DNA of 64,000 bases, from positions 1 to 64,000 of the IMG/VR virus record IMGVR_UViG_3300033993_002218; one strand, 5' to 3'. The notes under the pieces are model-generated. The model saw only the letters and a list, made by a program, of their open reading frames with translations. It made no database searches and had not been told where the DNA came from. How positions within the stretch are numbered: the stretch's first letter is position 1; each line of letters begins with the position of its first letter. Origin of the DNA: a virus. Its lineage: Duplodnaviria; Heunggongvirae; Uroviricota; Caudoviricetes. Positions 1 to 8,639 of this stretch are shown here, one piece after another. Both the position numbers and the translations under genes were made by a program.

Positions 1-15
1 GCGCCCCGTAGGGGT

Positions 16-267
16 TCAACCGATCAGGGCAGCAAGGATCCTGTCACGCTTGCGGATGGTGCTGATGCTCCAGAGATCGCGCCGCTTGCCTTTCATGGTG
101 GCGCTCAGGATGCCGTCACGCTCCATGTCCACCATGATAGCGTGAACAGTGCCCTTATGGCGGCGGGGATCCAGTCCCATGCCCCGAACGATGTCGGAGC
201 AGGTTTGGGGTCCCTGCTGGATGAGGATGCTGCGAACCATGGTGCGGGTGAGAGCAGAGAAGTTCAT
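16..267 (-). CDS. hypothetical small protein (83 aa)
   Basis: ORF track. GC-richer left segment. Start context CACCACACCACTCCG-ATG shared with neighbouring genes. Confidence 0.5.
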   Translation of the reverse strand: MNFSALTRTMVRSILIQQGPQTCSDIVRGMGLDPRRHKGTVHAIMVDMERDGILSATMKGKRRDLWSISTIRKRDRILAALIG

Positions 268-450
268 CGGAGTGGTGTGGTGAACTGATACCAGTATGGG
301 GGCAGACGGGGCGCAGTGCCATCAGGTTGTGCCACTTGTGGAACTGTCCACCATGGCGGATTAGAAGGCGGGTGCCGTGCTAGGATGAAGGTAGAACCTA
401 TTTTTGGTGGGGTTAGGTATAAAAAAAGGGAGCAAAGATGCTCCCGATTC

Positions 451-705
451 TTATAGCATTTTAATCACACCCATTATGGTAGTGATCTCTTCTGGAGTCT
501 GCCAACTGATAACATCCTCCAGCATGTTACCATTGGGACGGATAATCCCGACCTCAAAGGTATTGTGCTCGATGTCACCGTAGATTCCAGAATCCTTCGA
601 ACCTGCTGCAACACTGATCACCCAACCATTCGCAAAGGTATGTCGTGCCAGGCGGGCACCACAGGAATCAAAGAAGTTCAGGGAGGAGAAACTGTAGAAG
701 TTCAT
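451..705 (-). CDS. hypothetical protein (85 aa). ORF-track N-terminal extension trimmed to the internal ATG.
   Basis: The upstream part of ORF 451..933 is low complexity and overlaps a diverged cassette. The internal start MNFY... has the same CA-rich leader as 16..267. Confidence 0.45.
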   Translation of the reverse strand: MNFYSFSSLNFFDSCGARLARHTFANGWVISVAAGSKDSGIYGDIEHNTFEVGIIRPNGNMLEDVISWQTPEEITTIMGVIKML

Positions 706-958
706 CGGAGTGGTGTGGTGAACTGCAGTTATCCTACAGCACAGGGATCGGATCCGTCTATGGGGGGTTGTGCCACTTGTGGAACTGTCCACCATGGCGG
801 TCTTATGGGTCTGTGGTGCCTGTAGACTATGGAGACAATCAGCACCAACACCGGCAGGGTCGCCGGTTGAACAACTATCGCCACCGAACCTGCCATAAAA
901 TAATGGCGCAAAAAGTATAAAAAAAGGAGGCAACTTGTGCCCCCTTAAGTATAATCAA

Positions 959-1201
959 TCAGCGGCAACCGTCATGCCATGCTGTACCGCAACTGTTCGC
1001 GGCGATCATGTCAGCATCGGAAGGTTGCCAACCTTCGATGTATTCCAGGATCTCAATGAGATCCTCAACCTTATCATAAAGGTCGGTGGGGATTGTGAGA
1101 TCGTTAAGGATACGCTCCCAAACCGGGAGAGTAGCACCGGCAACGGTGAAGGCGTCGCAGCGGTTGAGGATGGCGGTTGCCTGGGTGGGATCGGGGATCA
1201 T
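959..1201 (-). CDS. hypothetical protein (80 aa)
   Basis: ORF track. Preferred over the overlapping plus ORF 935..1225 because all credible genes here are on the minus strand. Confidence 0.4.
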   Translation of the reverse strand: MIPDPTQATAILNRCDAFTVAGATLPVWERILNDLTIPTDLYDKVEDLIEILEYIEGWQPSDADMIAANSCGTAWHDGCR

Positions 1202-1281
1202 GGTGCGGTGTGGTTGACTCTGTAAGTCTACAGGATCGGATGGCAGGATGGGGCGCCGGAGCGCCCCGTGGTGGACAGTGG

Positions 1282-2016
1282 TCAGACTGTCACAGGCAGT
1301 TTCTTACTGTAACCGCTGAACTGTTGATTAGAACGACGGGCGCGAATTGCCTTGCCCCAGAGTGAACCTTTCGGTTGAGTTCCATGCACCAACAGAGCAA
1401 ACGGTTTCTCACCGAAACAGTGAGAGTCGTCATGATCTACTTCAAGACCTGCAGCGTTAGCATCACCTTCGGTCATGAAGACTTTAGCATAACGAGTGAA
1501 CAATCCTGCATCAATCAGACTATCCCATTTGCCACCATAAGAGGCAGTGAAGTAGAAGTTAGCAGGCATCTTAAAGTTAAGAAACAACTGCAGACTCTTA
1601 GAGTAGCAGTAGAATTTCAGATCAGGATTGCGCTGTGCAACTTCAATCCAGGCATCCAAATATGCACCAGAGAAAAAGTCTCCGCTCTCATGAATCCGCA
1701 CCAGTTTGGTATTTTTTGTGCGGTGTTCTTGAATGCCCTCATTGATAAGATCTGCTGCAGATCCATCCTTCAGAGCATCAACAATCAGGCGCAGATTGTT
1801 GGCGCGATTGTTGAATGCTGCATCGTATTGCACCTCACTGGATGCAGCAAAGCATCGGAAAATAGTATGCTCGCCATCTTGAATGTGACGCTCGCCGTTA
1901 TCAACAACAACGAACGATTTGCAATACATTGCACCGGGGCAAGTCTTACCTGCTGGCAGGTTAAAGATCAGAGTTTGCTTGCCCAGTTTGGCGTTACCCT
2001 TGGTGAAGTTCAGCAT
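1282..2016 (-). CDS. hypothetical protein (244 aa)
   Basis: Long ORF with ordinary, not low-complexity, amino-acid composition. Preceded by a diverged cassette. Confidence 0.6.
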   Translation of the reverse strand: MLNFTKGNAKLGKQTLIFNLPAGKTCPGAMYCKSFVVVDNGERHIQDGEHTIFRCFAASSEVQYDAAFNNRANNLRLIVDALKDGSAADLINEGIQEHRTKNTKLVRIHESGDFFSGAYLDAWIEVAQRNPDLKFYCYSKSLQLFLNFKMPANFYFTASYGGKWDSLIDAGLFTRYAKVFMTEGDANAAGLEVDHDDSHCFGEKPFALLVHGTQPKGSLWGKAIRARRSNQQFSGYSKKLPVTV

Positions 2017-2108
2017 GGTGGCGGTGTGGTGTGAACTGCAGTTATCCTACAGCATCAGCGGGCAGGATGGGAGGCATCGCTGCCCCCCTTGTGCCAGTTA
2101 TCGGATTG

Positions 2109-2588
2109 TCACACCCAGAGTTTCTCTTTCTTCATGCGATTCACCATTGCAGTAGCAAACTGCCCACAATCGTCACATTCAATAACTGCCTCAATCTGAT
2201 AGCGAAGTTTAGACTTTTCGGAACCCCGGAAAGTATAACGCCAGATTGCGCTGGCAGTTAGCAACAGTTGGCGGCGCTTTGCCCATCCTTCCGCACCTTT
2301 ATTAACCAAATCATGATAAACGCGAATCATGGCACGGTAAGTGTTACCATTGTGGCGCAGTCGGTTGAGTTCATGAACAAACAACTTTCCACCACTAATG
2401 TGACTATCAAGTTCAGTGGCAAAAAAGTCAACGAACTTGAGTGCAAGTTCTTCCACATTGTTAGAAACAACAGGAGCAACTGTTGGCGCCAGAGTGTCAC
2501 TTACAACGCTCAGAATCTTGGCGATCTCATCAATCTTACCTTGAACTTGGTTGCCGTTGATAACAACTTGAACAGTGGCGTTGCTCAT
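2109..2588 (-). CDS. hypothetical protein (159 aa). C-terminal ECDDCGQF.
   Basis: ORF track. Followed by a strong minus-strand terminator at about 2798-2847. Confidence 0.6.
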   Translation of the reverse strand: MSNATVQVVINGNQVQGKIDEIAKILSVVSDTLAPTVAPVVSNNVEELALKFVDFFATELDSHISGGKLFVHELNRLRHNGNTYRAMIRVYHDLVNKGAEGWAKRRQLLLTASAIWRYTFRGSEKSKLRYQIEAVIECDDCGQFATAMVNRMKKEKLWV

Positions 2589-2797
2589 GATTTTAGAAGT
2601 GAGGCGGCGTCATTGGTGCGCCGTTGAGTGAATGATGCCATGCCAGAACCGACCCGATCAACCACCATTGTGCCACTGATCGAACTGGCACAGCATCAGG
2701 GTTTTGTGGGCAGTCTGGCAGTATCTTAAGAGGACAACCAGCACCAACGGGAGAAGGGTATCTCTACTGAACAATACATCGCCACGGAACCTGTCAA

Positions 2798-2847
2798 AAA
2801 ATAATAAGATAAAGAAAAGAAAAAGGATCAGGCACCACCCTGATCCT
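2798..2847 (-). terminator. intrinsic terminator (minus strand)
   Basis: Perfect 9 bp stem AGGATCAGG/CCTGATCCT with a 7 nt loop. On the minus strand it is followed by TTTTTCTTTTCTTTATC. Confidence 0.7.
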
Positions 2848-2945
2848 CAAGATCCACTTTCACCTATCATGTATGCTATGATTATCTGTTCTCTACGCAT
2901 TGAGTGTCTTTTCTTAAGGATGGGGCGCATCTCATTCCCCGTGTA

Positions 2946-3176
2946 TCAAAAGTCTACCATCCAGTCTGGATCATTGTCAAGTGAAACCCAAAAAAAGTAT
3001 TTCTGATTCATAGATGCAAGAAACAGTTTGTTTCCTTTGTGTTGCTCGATGATACATTCATCGTTTGATTGCATCATGTTTGCAAAGCGATTCTTTGCTT
3101 TCTTCGAGATTGGAATAACGAATGCGGTTTCCATGATGTGCTCGTCGAGATGTACATAATCTAGTTGATGTCTCAT
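2946..3176 (-). CDS. hypothetical protein (76 aa, start uncertain)
   Basis: ORF track. The N-terminal codons overlap a CTCGTCGAGAT iteron copy. Alternative starts are METAF (about 3134) or MMQSN (about 3075). Confidence 0.35.
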   Translation of the reverse strand: MRHQLDYVHLDEHIMETAFVIPISKKAKNRFANMMQSNDECIIEQHKGNKLFLASMNQKYFFWVSLDNDPDWMVDF

Positions 3177-3245
3177 GACTCGTCGAGATTGAATGTGCCA
3201 CTAGATGATGTGGCACACCTCGTCGAGTTTTAGAACTCAATCTCG
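3140..3245. repeat. iteron-like cluster, 3-4 copies of CTCGTCGAG(A/T)T spaced about 40 bp
   Basis: Seen directly: ctcgtcgagatg at 3141, ctcgtcgagatt at 3180, ctcgtcgagttt at 3220. The same 9-mer near-palindrome CTCG(T)CGAG recurs at 7160-7341. Confidence 0.5.
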
Positions 3246-3376
3246 TCTAGTGTGGGGACATTATCTTGACTAGATTCACCACTGTCCATCCCAGAACACA
3301 GTGCATCAAGAATCGAAAGGATGCTGTTCCCATCAGTGCCTTGGTCCAGAAGAGTTGTCATAATTTCTTTGTTCAT
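3230..3376 (-). CDS. hypothetical small acidic protein (about 48 aa)
   Basis: Hand-translated MNKEIMTTLLDQGTDGNSILSILDALCSGMDSGESSQDNVPTLDEIEF. GGAG lies 8 nt upstream. It sits between a terminator and the next gene. Below the 60 aa ORF-track cutoff. Confidence 0.3.
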   Translation of the reverse strand: MNKEIMTTLLDQGTDGNSILSILDALCSGMDSGESSQDNVPTLDEIEF

Positions 3377-3384
3377 GAATTACT

Positions 3385-3422
3385 CCAAGAAAGAGAATGA
3401 AAGAGGGAGAAGAATCTCCCTC
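3385..3422 (-). terminator. intrinsic terminator (minus strand)
   Basis: Hairpin GAGGGAGA-AGAA-TCTCCCTC followed on the minus strand by TTTCATTCTCTTTCTT. Confidence 0.55.
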
Positions 3423-3431
3423 TAGATGCTA

Positions 3432-3644
3432 TCAGATCGACAGCAGTCGCTCGCTACGAATAGCAGAGTTGATGAAACTACCAACAGATTCCTCTTTGGC
3501 AATCACAGTATTCAGATCAGACACAAAGTTGCTGGGTTCAGCAACCTTATAGGTATAGTTACGACCACCCATGAAGGTGATGGTCACTTGCTCATCTTGC
3601 ACATCGCTGATGTTTTCGATGGCGCTGGATTGGAACTTGAACAT
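3432..3644 (-). CDS. hypothetical protein (70 aa, trimmed start MFKFQ)
   Basis: The N-terminal 33 codons of ORF 3432..3743 translate the intergenic cassette. The internal ATG is the first one after the cassette. Confidence 0.5.
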   Translation of the reverse strand: MFKFQSSAIENISDVQDEQVTITFMGGRNYTYKVAEPSNFVSDLNTVIAKEESVGSFINSAIRSERLLSI

Positions 3645-3699
3645 AATAAAAACAAAAAAGTAAGGTTTGAGTGAAGTGTTTTGAGCGGGATGCTTCACC

Positions 3700-3764
3700 C
3701 CCGCTGATGAATCTAGTATGGCACGGGTTGGCAGTGGTGTCAACCCTTGTGTGCCACTTACTGA
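3700..3764 (-). promoter_or_regulatory. intergenic promoter-hairpin cassette (type B: TTGACA in hairpin, 17 nt, CATACT)
   Basis: Minus-strand reading: GTGACAGTTCAGTAAGTGGCACA box, hairpin GGGTTGACACCACTGCCAACCC, then CATACT. TTGACA-17-CATACT fits a sigma70 spacing. Confidence 0.5.
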
Positions 3765-3785
3765 ACTGTCACAGTTCAGGTACGG

Positions 3786-4031
3786 TTAACCGTTCACCGC
3801 ACCCAACACCACAGATCTACGATTGTGGTAAGGAGAGGATTCGTCCACAAACGGATTGCCACGCAAATCGGTGTAATCTACGTGCTGCTCAGGATTGAAC
3901 TCCATAGTATCAGCATTTCCACCTCGGTCGTAATAACCACGACCCTCACTGTGGACAACTACTTCAACGATGGCATCCTGATCCTCAAAGGTGGACATCC
4001 ATTCAATCATTTGGCGAACGGTCATTGTCAT
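3786..4031 (-). CDS. hypothetical protein (82 aa, trimmed start MTMTV)
   Basis: GAGGGAGA Shine-Dalgarno about 10 nt upstream of the internal ATG. The upstream part of the ORF is cassette sequence. Confidence 0.5.
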   Translation of the reverse strand: MTMTVRQMIEWMSTFEDQDAIVEVVVHSEGRGYYDRGGNADTMEFNPEQHVDYTDLRGNPFVDESSPYHNRRSVVLGAVNG

Positions 4032-4100
4032 TAGGGGTCTCCCTCTCAACAAATGTAGTATGGCAGCAAATGGGGGGCATTTCAAGCCCCCGTGTGCCAC
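4032..4100 (-). promoter_or_regulatory. intergenic promoter-hairpin cassette (type B)
   Basis: Box GTGACAGTTCAGTAAGTGGCACA, hairpin GGGGGCTTGAAATGCCCCC, then CATACT (TTGAAA-17-CATACT). Confidence 0.5.
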
Positions 4101-4352
4101 TTACTGAACTGTCACACTCTCCACCAGTTCTTGATAGTATTCCTCACCATAGATTGAGGTGATAAGAGATTCCATGTCATTCTCAGATTCATGAGCGAAA
4201 GAATCAACTAGCAGTTCATAAACCATCTGCTCCATTGTTTTCGTATCCATTTCATCTACGACACGATCACAATACTTTTCAACAATCTCAGAAATCTGTT
4301 CGGGAGTGAGTGTCATTTTCTCAGGGGAGAATTGAAGTAACGAGTGAAGCAT
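4101..4352 (-). CDS. hypothetical acidic protein (83 aa)
   Basis: ORF track. The start could instead be the internal MTLTP. Confidence 0.5.
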   Translation of the reverse strand: MLHSLLQFSPEKMTLTPEQISEIVEKYCDRVVDEMDTKTMEQMVYELLVDSFAHESENDMESLITSIYGEEYYQELVESVTVQ

Positions 4353-4547
4353 AGCACCAGAATGATGCCAGTGGAGATCACTCCGACCAGTCCGAGAACT
4401 GTCACAGAGTCGCCAGTAAAGTTGTAAGTGTCAGGTGTCATCGGATCAGAAAAACAAACAAAGGAAGAATTGCCAGAAGATGATACATCTTCAGAGTTTG
4501 GGATGTGCCATCCTTATAGTGGATGATGAGAAGATCTTGGTTCATTA

Positions 4548-4679
4548 TCAGAAATCCCAGTTAGAGTTGAGGAAAGCGTTCCAAGTGTGCTCATCATTGT
4601 CTTCTTCATCCTGCAGTTCAGGAATGTCGAAGATTTCGCCGGGAGCATCAGCAATTTCGATCCAGAGGGTGTCTTCCAT
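4548..4679 (-). CDS. hypothetical small acidic protein (about 43 aa)
   Basis: Hand-translated MEDTLWIEIADAPGEIFDIPELQDEEDNDEHTWNAFLNSNWDF. CA-rich leader ACACACCCGACACC-ATG. Confidence 0.25.
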   Translation of the reverse strand: MEDTLWIEIADAPGEIFDIPELQDEEDNDEHTWNAFLNSNWDF

Positions 4680-4692
4680 GGTGTCGGGTGTG

Positions 4693-4780
4693 TGTGGTTG
4701 ACTTCTTAAGTATAGGGGCACTGTAGGCGATCCTAGGTGCCCCCTGTGCCAGTTGTCAGAGTGTCACACAGGCACCTTGA
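4693..4780 (-). promoter_or_regulatory. intergenic cassette (type C). Shares about 50 bp identity with the copy at 5566-5635.
   Basis: GGTTGACTTCTTAAGTATAGGGGCACTGTAGGCGATCCTAGGTGCCCC then TGTGCCAGTTGTCAGAGTGTCAC. Hairpin GGGGCAC/GTGCCCC. Confidence 0.5.
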
Positions 4781-5004
4781 CGCATTTGAGTATAACCACC
4801 TTGTCCAAGGTATCCAAAGTTCTTATGATGAATACCATAATAGTAGCGGCGAGCATTAGTCTCAGTCAGACCAAGATGATCTGCCATTCTCTTAAAAGAA
4901 TGCTTTGGGTAACATTTCTTATACAGATTAGTCATCTCACACCAGAATGATGCATTTTTGGTGAAGTTGATGCTCTTAGAAGAATGAACCTTGACGAGTT
5001 TCAT
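4756..5004 (-). CDS. hypothetical basic protein (82 aa)
   Basis: ORF track. The C-terminus and stop lie inside the conserved box of the downstream cassette. Confidence 0.5.
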   Translation of the reverse strand: MKLVKVHSSKSINFTKNASFWCEMTNLYKKCYPKHSFKRMADHLGLTETNARRYYYGIHHKNFGYLGQGGYTQMRQGACVTL

Positions 5005-5076
5005 TGGAGTGTCGGTGGTTGACTTGTTAATCTTAAGGCACCCAGAGCGGGTCTTAGGTGCCTCTGGTGCCAGTTG

Positions 5077-5544
5077 TCAGAGTGTCACAAGATCACTGAA
5101 ATCCTGGCGGGATCGTTCCTTTACGATTACCCTATCTCCACCATAAGTCTCACCCCAATACTCACCTTCTCCACCTTTCCACACAATGTAACCTTTGGCA
5201 AGTGAACAGATAGACTTCAGAAACAAATCTTCCTGCCCAGTCTTATTACCATACCCATCAATGTGAAGATTTCCATTCTCACCAATGGAAGTGTAGAAAC
5301 CAACTTCCTGAAGAATCTTTTCAGCATCCTTACAAGTCTCATGATAGTTCCAATCCATCCATGAGAACCAGCAGGACTTATGAGGACCATACTCAGGTGC
5401 CTTATCCTTATCGGGATAAGATCCACCTCGTTTCTGACTGTTAGGAACAGTATAGTTTAGTTCACACATTGCCTTATAAGCAGCATCCAGATTCTCAGCA
5501 GGAATCATAAAGGTGCTTTCTTCAATGCTGACGTAGTAACCCAT
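5077..5544 (-). CDS. hypothetical protein (155 aa, trimmed start MGYYV)
   Basis: The upstream 24 codons are cassette sequence. CA-rich SD-less leader CAACCACCACATCATC-ATG. Confidence 0.55.
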   Translation of the reverse strand: MGYYVSIEESTFMIPAENLDAAYKAMCELNYTVPNSQKRGGSYPDKDKAPEYGPHKSCWFSWMDWNYHETCKDAEKILQEVGFYTSIGENGNLHIDGYGNKTGQEDLFLKSICSLAKGYIVWKGGEGEYWGETYGGDRVIVKERSRQDFSDLVTL

Positions 5545-5616
5545 GATGATGTGGTGGTTGGTTGACTTCTTAAGTATAGGGGCACTGTAGGCGATCCTAG
5601 GTGCCCCTTGTGCCAC

Positions 5617-6087
5617 TTATGCTGCTGTCACATAGTTGGGAATCTCCACCCGTTCAGCAGCATCAAACAGACCCGTCTTGTATGCTTTCCAGTTATCATT
5701 CAGATCGAACAGGTAAGCATACTCTTCACCACCCAGATTTCCTGAGATAAACTCATCGAAACTGGTGTGTTGAATGTCGATTTCTTCTCCACGCTCAGTA
5801 TAAAAGAGTGGTTGAGGATCACGATCATTCTCATACATCATGTATCCTTGAGAGTCATGAATGTACTCTCCCTTATCATCACGAAGAGGAGATTCATGAT
5901 TCCAAGAACCACGAGTCCTCAGTGATGAGATACCACCACCATCAATCAGTTCTTGAACATCATCACGGTCAAGATAATGTTGAACCAGAAGTCTACCATT
6001 CCCTTCAGGATAACCATCCCAGTGGCAGTAGACAGAAACTACAGTGTGATCGGGCATTTCGATGCCAATGCGTGAACGAGTTCCCAT
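5617..6087 (-). CDS. hypothetical protein (156 aa)
   Basis: ORF track. Leader CATACT...CACCACACATCACTG-ATG. Confidence 0.6.
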   Translation of the reverse strand: MGTRSRIGIEMPDHTVVSVYCHWDGYPEGNGRLLVQHYLDRDDVQELIDGGGISSLRTRGSWNHESPLRDDKGEYIHDSQGYMMYENDRDPQPLFYTERGEEIDIQHTSFDEFISGNLGGEEYAYLFDLNDNWKAYKTGLFDAAERVEIPNYVTAA

Positions 6088-6161
6088 GTCAGTGATGTGT
6101 GGTGAACGATGTAAGTATGGCAGGGATCCTGAAGAACCTCAAGACCCCTTGTGCCAGTCCC

Positions 6162-6599
6162 TCAACTGGACATCTTTACATACTGCTCCACAATGTTGGA
6201 GATTTCAGTAGGACCAATCTGTGTACCATCCTTCATTACAAATGCCTGGTAAGGATCGACACCTGCCCGAGAATCAATTGTGGTGGAATTGATGGTCATG
6301 AACTTAGAAATCATGACATCTTGGCGGATTTGATCACTCAACCAATCCCAGAGATCAGTGTCATGATTATCCTCTTCGGTGTCACAGTTAATGAGAACTT
6401 CATTCCCATTCTGCCACACGTACTTTTCAAACTCCGTGATCACATCATCATACTCCATTTCTGTCAACCATGTGATACTCTCACTGAGATCATCTACATG
6501 ATTACCAACGAAATCAACCAGAGATTTCAGATAATCTTCCAGGTTGAAATCATCAGCAACTTGACACTTGGAGGTGCAAACAAATTGAGTGTAGGACAT
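6162..6599 (-). CDS. hypothetical acidic protein (145 aa)
   Basis: ORF track. Cassettes flank it on both sides. Confidence 0.6.
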   Translation of the reverse strand: MSYTQFVCTSKCQVADDFNLEDYLKSLVDFVGNHVDDLSESITWLTEMEYDDVITEFEKYVWQNGNEVLINCDTEEDNHDTDLWDWLSDQIRQDVMISKFMTINSTTIDSRAGVDPYQAFVMKDGTQIGPTEISNIVEQYVKMSS

Positions 6600-6668
6600 G
6601 AGGTGTCTCAGGTACGAATGTAATGTAGCAGAGCACCGGCAGGAAGTCCAGTGCCATTGTGCCAGTTG

Positions 6669-6857
6669 TCAGAGTGTCCTACCAGTCTGCTCAACCTCAT
6701 GCTTAATCATCGCAATTGCCCATAGAGCATTCTCACCTTCCGACAGATTCGGAAAGTTGTTCTCATAAACCTTCAAAACCGTTGCAATAGTCTCCAGAGC
6801 AGTGAAATCAGTTCGGTTGATGTTCAGTTCCATGAGAGTTGTGTGAACTGCAGTCAT
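6669..6857 (-). CDS. hypothetical protein (62 aa, trimmed start MTAVH)
   Basis: The ORF-track start lies inside the terminator hairpin. The internal ATG immediately follows the hairpin and T-run. Confidence 0.45.
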   Translation of the reverse strand: MTAVHTTLMELNINRTDFTALETIATVLKVYENNFPNLSEGENALWAIAMIKHEVEQTGRTL

Positions 6858-6864
6858 TATAGAC

Positions 6865-6912
6865 CACAAAGCGGCACGGGATCTCATGTCCTTGTGCCGC
6901 TTTTTTTATTGT
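6865..6912. terminator. bidirectional intrinsic terminator
   Basis: aaa-GCGGCACGGGATCTCATGTCCTTGTGCCGC-tttttttatt. A-run on one side and T-run on the other. Confidence 0.65.
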
Positions 6913-7159
6913 CACATCACATAAAGGGATCTAGGTCTTTGATGTTATAATGTACTTCTTCCCCACCTTCCAATTGAAGTACTTCGCGCCAATTAATATC
7001 TTCCAGATCCAGATCATCATAACACTCGATGTCTAGAACAACTCTTACCTGTCGTTTTTGTGCGATCATGAGAATTAAATGCGATTGTACTGAATTCTAT
7101 CATGCATAGTGGCGATATGCAAGACTTTGATAGTCTTGACCATCTCGCGCATAATCCTC

Positions 7160-7341
7160 TTCGAGATCTGATGCACCTAGTTCGGCATATGAGTCTTCGT
7201 CGAGATTGTAATCATTACCAAATGTGTAGTCGAGATCGTAGTCGTCGTACATAATGCTCGTCGAGATTCTGTGAGTGACTTTGATATTGTAGCATGATCT
7301 CGTCGAGATTGCAAGCAGTCGTGCAGGTCTCGTCGAGATTC
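7160..7341. repeat. iteron-like array, about 6 copies of TCGTCGAGAT(T/C) at about 30-41 bp spacing
   Basis: Seen directly at about 7162, 7198, 7230, 7259, 7300 and 7330. Near-palindrome CTCG(T)CGAG. It sits in a 700 bp ORF-free region. Confidence 0.55.
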
Positions 7342-7464
7342 ACATAAGATTATATAGCACTTATAAAGTACAAATATATTGAAATACTAACATATCATGA
7401 TAGTGTTATATGATGATATTGAGATCTTGTGAGGTTGTGCCAGTTCTTATGGTGGCGCGGGGGG

Positions 7465-7493
7465 TTGACTTTGCGAAGTGAGTGTGTTATAAT
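7465..7493 (+). promoter_or_regulatory. consensus sigma70 promoter on the plus strand (TTGACT-17-TGtTATAAT)
   Basis: TTGACT at 7465-7470, 17 nt spacer, TATAAT at 7488-7493, extended -10 TG at 7485-86. It is the only strong plus-strand signal in the window. Confidence 0.55.
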
Positions 7494-7626
7494 GCGCTCG
7501 CCAAACTTGCATAAGAATCGACCATTTATAAGGCATTATAAGGCATTTAGAAAGCATAAGACTCAAAGTATTAAAAGATAATAACATCATATAACACTAT
7601 CATTATAAAAAACAATTATATATTTT

Positions 7627-7824
7627 TTAATACCTTTTTTTAATTGATACTATTTCTAACTTAGGTTTCCATTGATGAAGACCATGACACTCAACACCTC
7701 TCTTCATCATCTTAACCATTGCTTCCTGTGCGGATTCTAATTCAAAATATACTGCCTTCAGAGTACAATTCATATAAGTGTACTCAACATAGTAGAATCC
7801 TTCCTTAAGTGGATCAAACATCAT
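7627..7824 (-). CDS. hypothetical protein (65 aa)
   Basis: ORF track. ATGA overlap with the upstream gene stop. Confidence 0.45.
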   Translation of the reverse strand: MMFDPLKEGFYYVEYTYMNCTLKAVYFELESAQEAMVKMMKRGVECHGLHQWKPKLEIVSIKKRY

Positions 7825-8294
7825 TTGTACAGATAAGATCCTGCCCAGTCAGCACGACGATAGCAATTATCACGGGATTGCTTATCCATGAGATTAAAAC
7901 GCACATGCTTGGCAGGAGACTTCCAGGTTGCAGGTTTATACACTTCACCAGTCTTCTTATCAATGAAGGCATGAATACTCTTTTGCTTCACACTACCATC
8001 ATGATTGACACCAGTTTCCATTTCAATACGCAGATACTTACGACTCTCCACAATATAGAAATTCATACGATAATCATAAGTGCCATTGCGAATTTGCTCC
8101 AGACACTTCTCATGATAGGGAACATAAGATTCATCCACAATACCATTCTTGGCAATGGCATTCTGATGAGATTTCGTAGTGTGAAGACGATAGTTCTCAT
8201 CCAGAGCATTGACCAGAGATTCAGTATAACGAAGCACATCGTTCACTTGTGCCTGAACCATAGGACGGGTTGCAACGAAGTCAGAGAAGGTCAT
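7821..8294 (-). CDS. hypothetical protein (157 aa)
   Basis: ORF track. Preceded by a cassette. Confidence 0.6.
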   Translation of the reverse strand: MTFSDFVATRPMVQAQVNDVLRYTESLVNALDENYRLHTTKSHQNAIAKNGIVDESYVPYHEKCLEQIRNGTYDYRMNFYIVESRKYLRIEMETGVNHDGSVKQKSIHAFIDKKTGEVYKPATWKSPAKHVRFNLMDKQSRDNCYRRADWAGSYLYK

Positions 8295-8377
8295 GTGAGG
8301 TTTCTGTGTGTATGAGACTATTGTAGGGCATCCAGAGGAGTCTGAAGTGCCCTGCTGTGCCAGTTAATCAGGTGTCC
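8295..8377 (-). promoter_or_regulatory. intergenic cassette (type A: box, hairpin, TATAAT/TACAAT, SD)
   Basis: tgtgtgtatgagactattgtagggcatccagaggagtctgaagtgccc then tgtgccagttaatcaggtgtcc. Confidence 0.55.
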
Positions 8378-8634
8378 TCAACAATCAAGCAATAACGGCA
8401 CTGGAAAGCAAAAGTTTCTTTTTGCCAGGTTTTCTTCACACCATTCTCTTCCCAAGAATAAACAACCTCATACCAAGGGTCAGTAGAACCATAAGAATTA
8501 AAACCCTCAACGGTCACATAACCCTTGGAACCATCTGCCCGTGCCCAACGAGAACCAACTTGGATTTCATGATGTTTGAAGAAATGACGGACAACTGCTT
8601 TGTGTCCATCTATGATTTCAGTTTCGTAATTCAT
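8368..8634 (-). CDS. hypothetical protein (88 aa)
   Basis: ORF track. Confidence 0.55.
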   Translation of the reverse strand: MNYETEIIDGHKAVVRHFFKHHEIQVGSRWARADGSKGYVTVEGFNSYGSTDPWYEVVYSWEENGVKKTWQKETFAFQCRYCLIVEDT

Positions 8635-8639
8635 TATGC

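Noticed and set aside
706-933. Upstream half of ORF 451..933 (MPPFFILFAPLFYGRFGGDS...)
   Set aside because: Low-complexity, Pro/Gly/Cys-rich translation of a diverged cassette and hairpin. A credible start (MNFY) with the family-typical leader lies internally at 705.
7809-8315. Plus-strand ORFs in general, for example 7809..8315, 36967..37860, 59548..60600, 21228..21707
   Set aside because: Each is antisense to a better-supported minus-strand gene, has odd composition (Ile/Asn/His-rich), and lacks SD or start context. The only plus-strand signal retained is the sigma70 promoter at 7465-7493.
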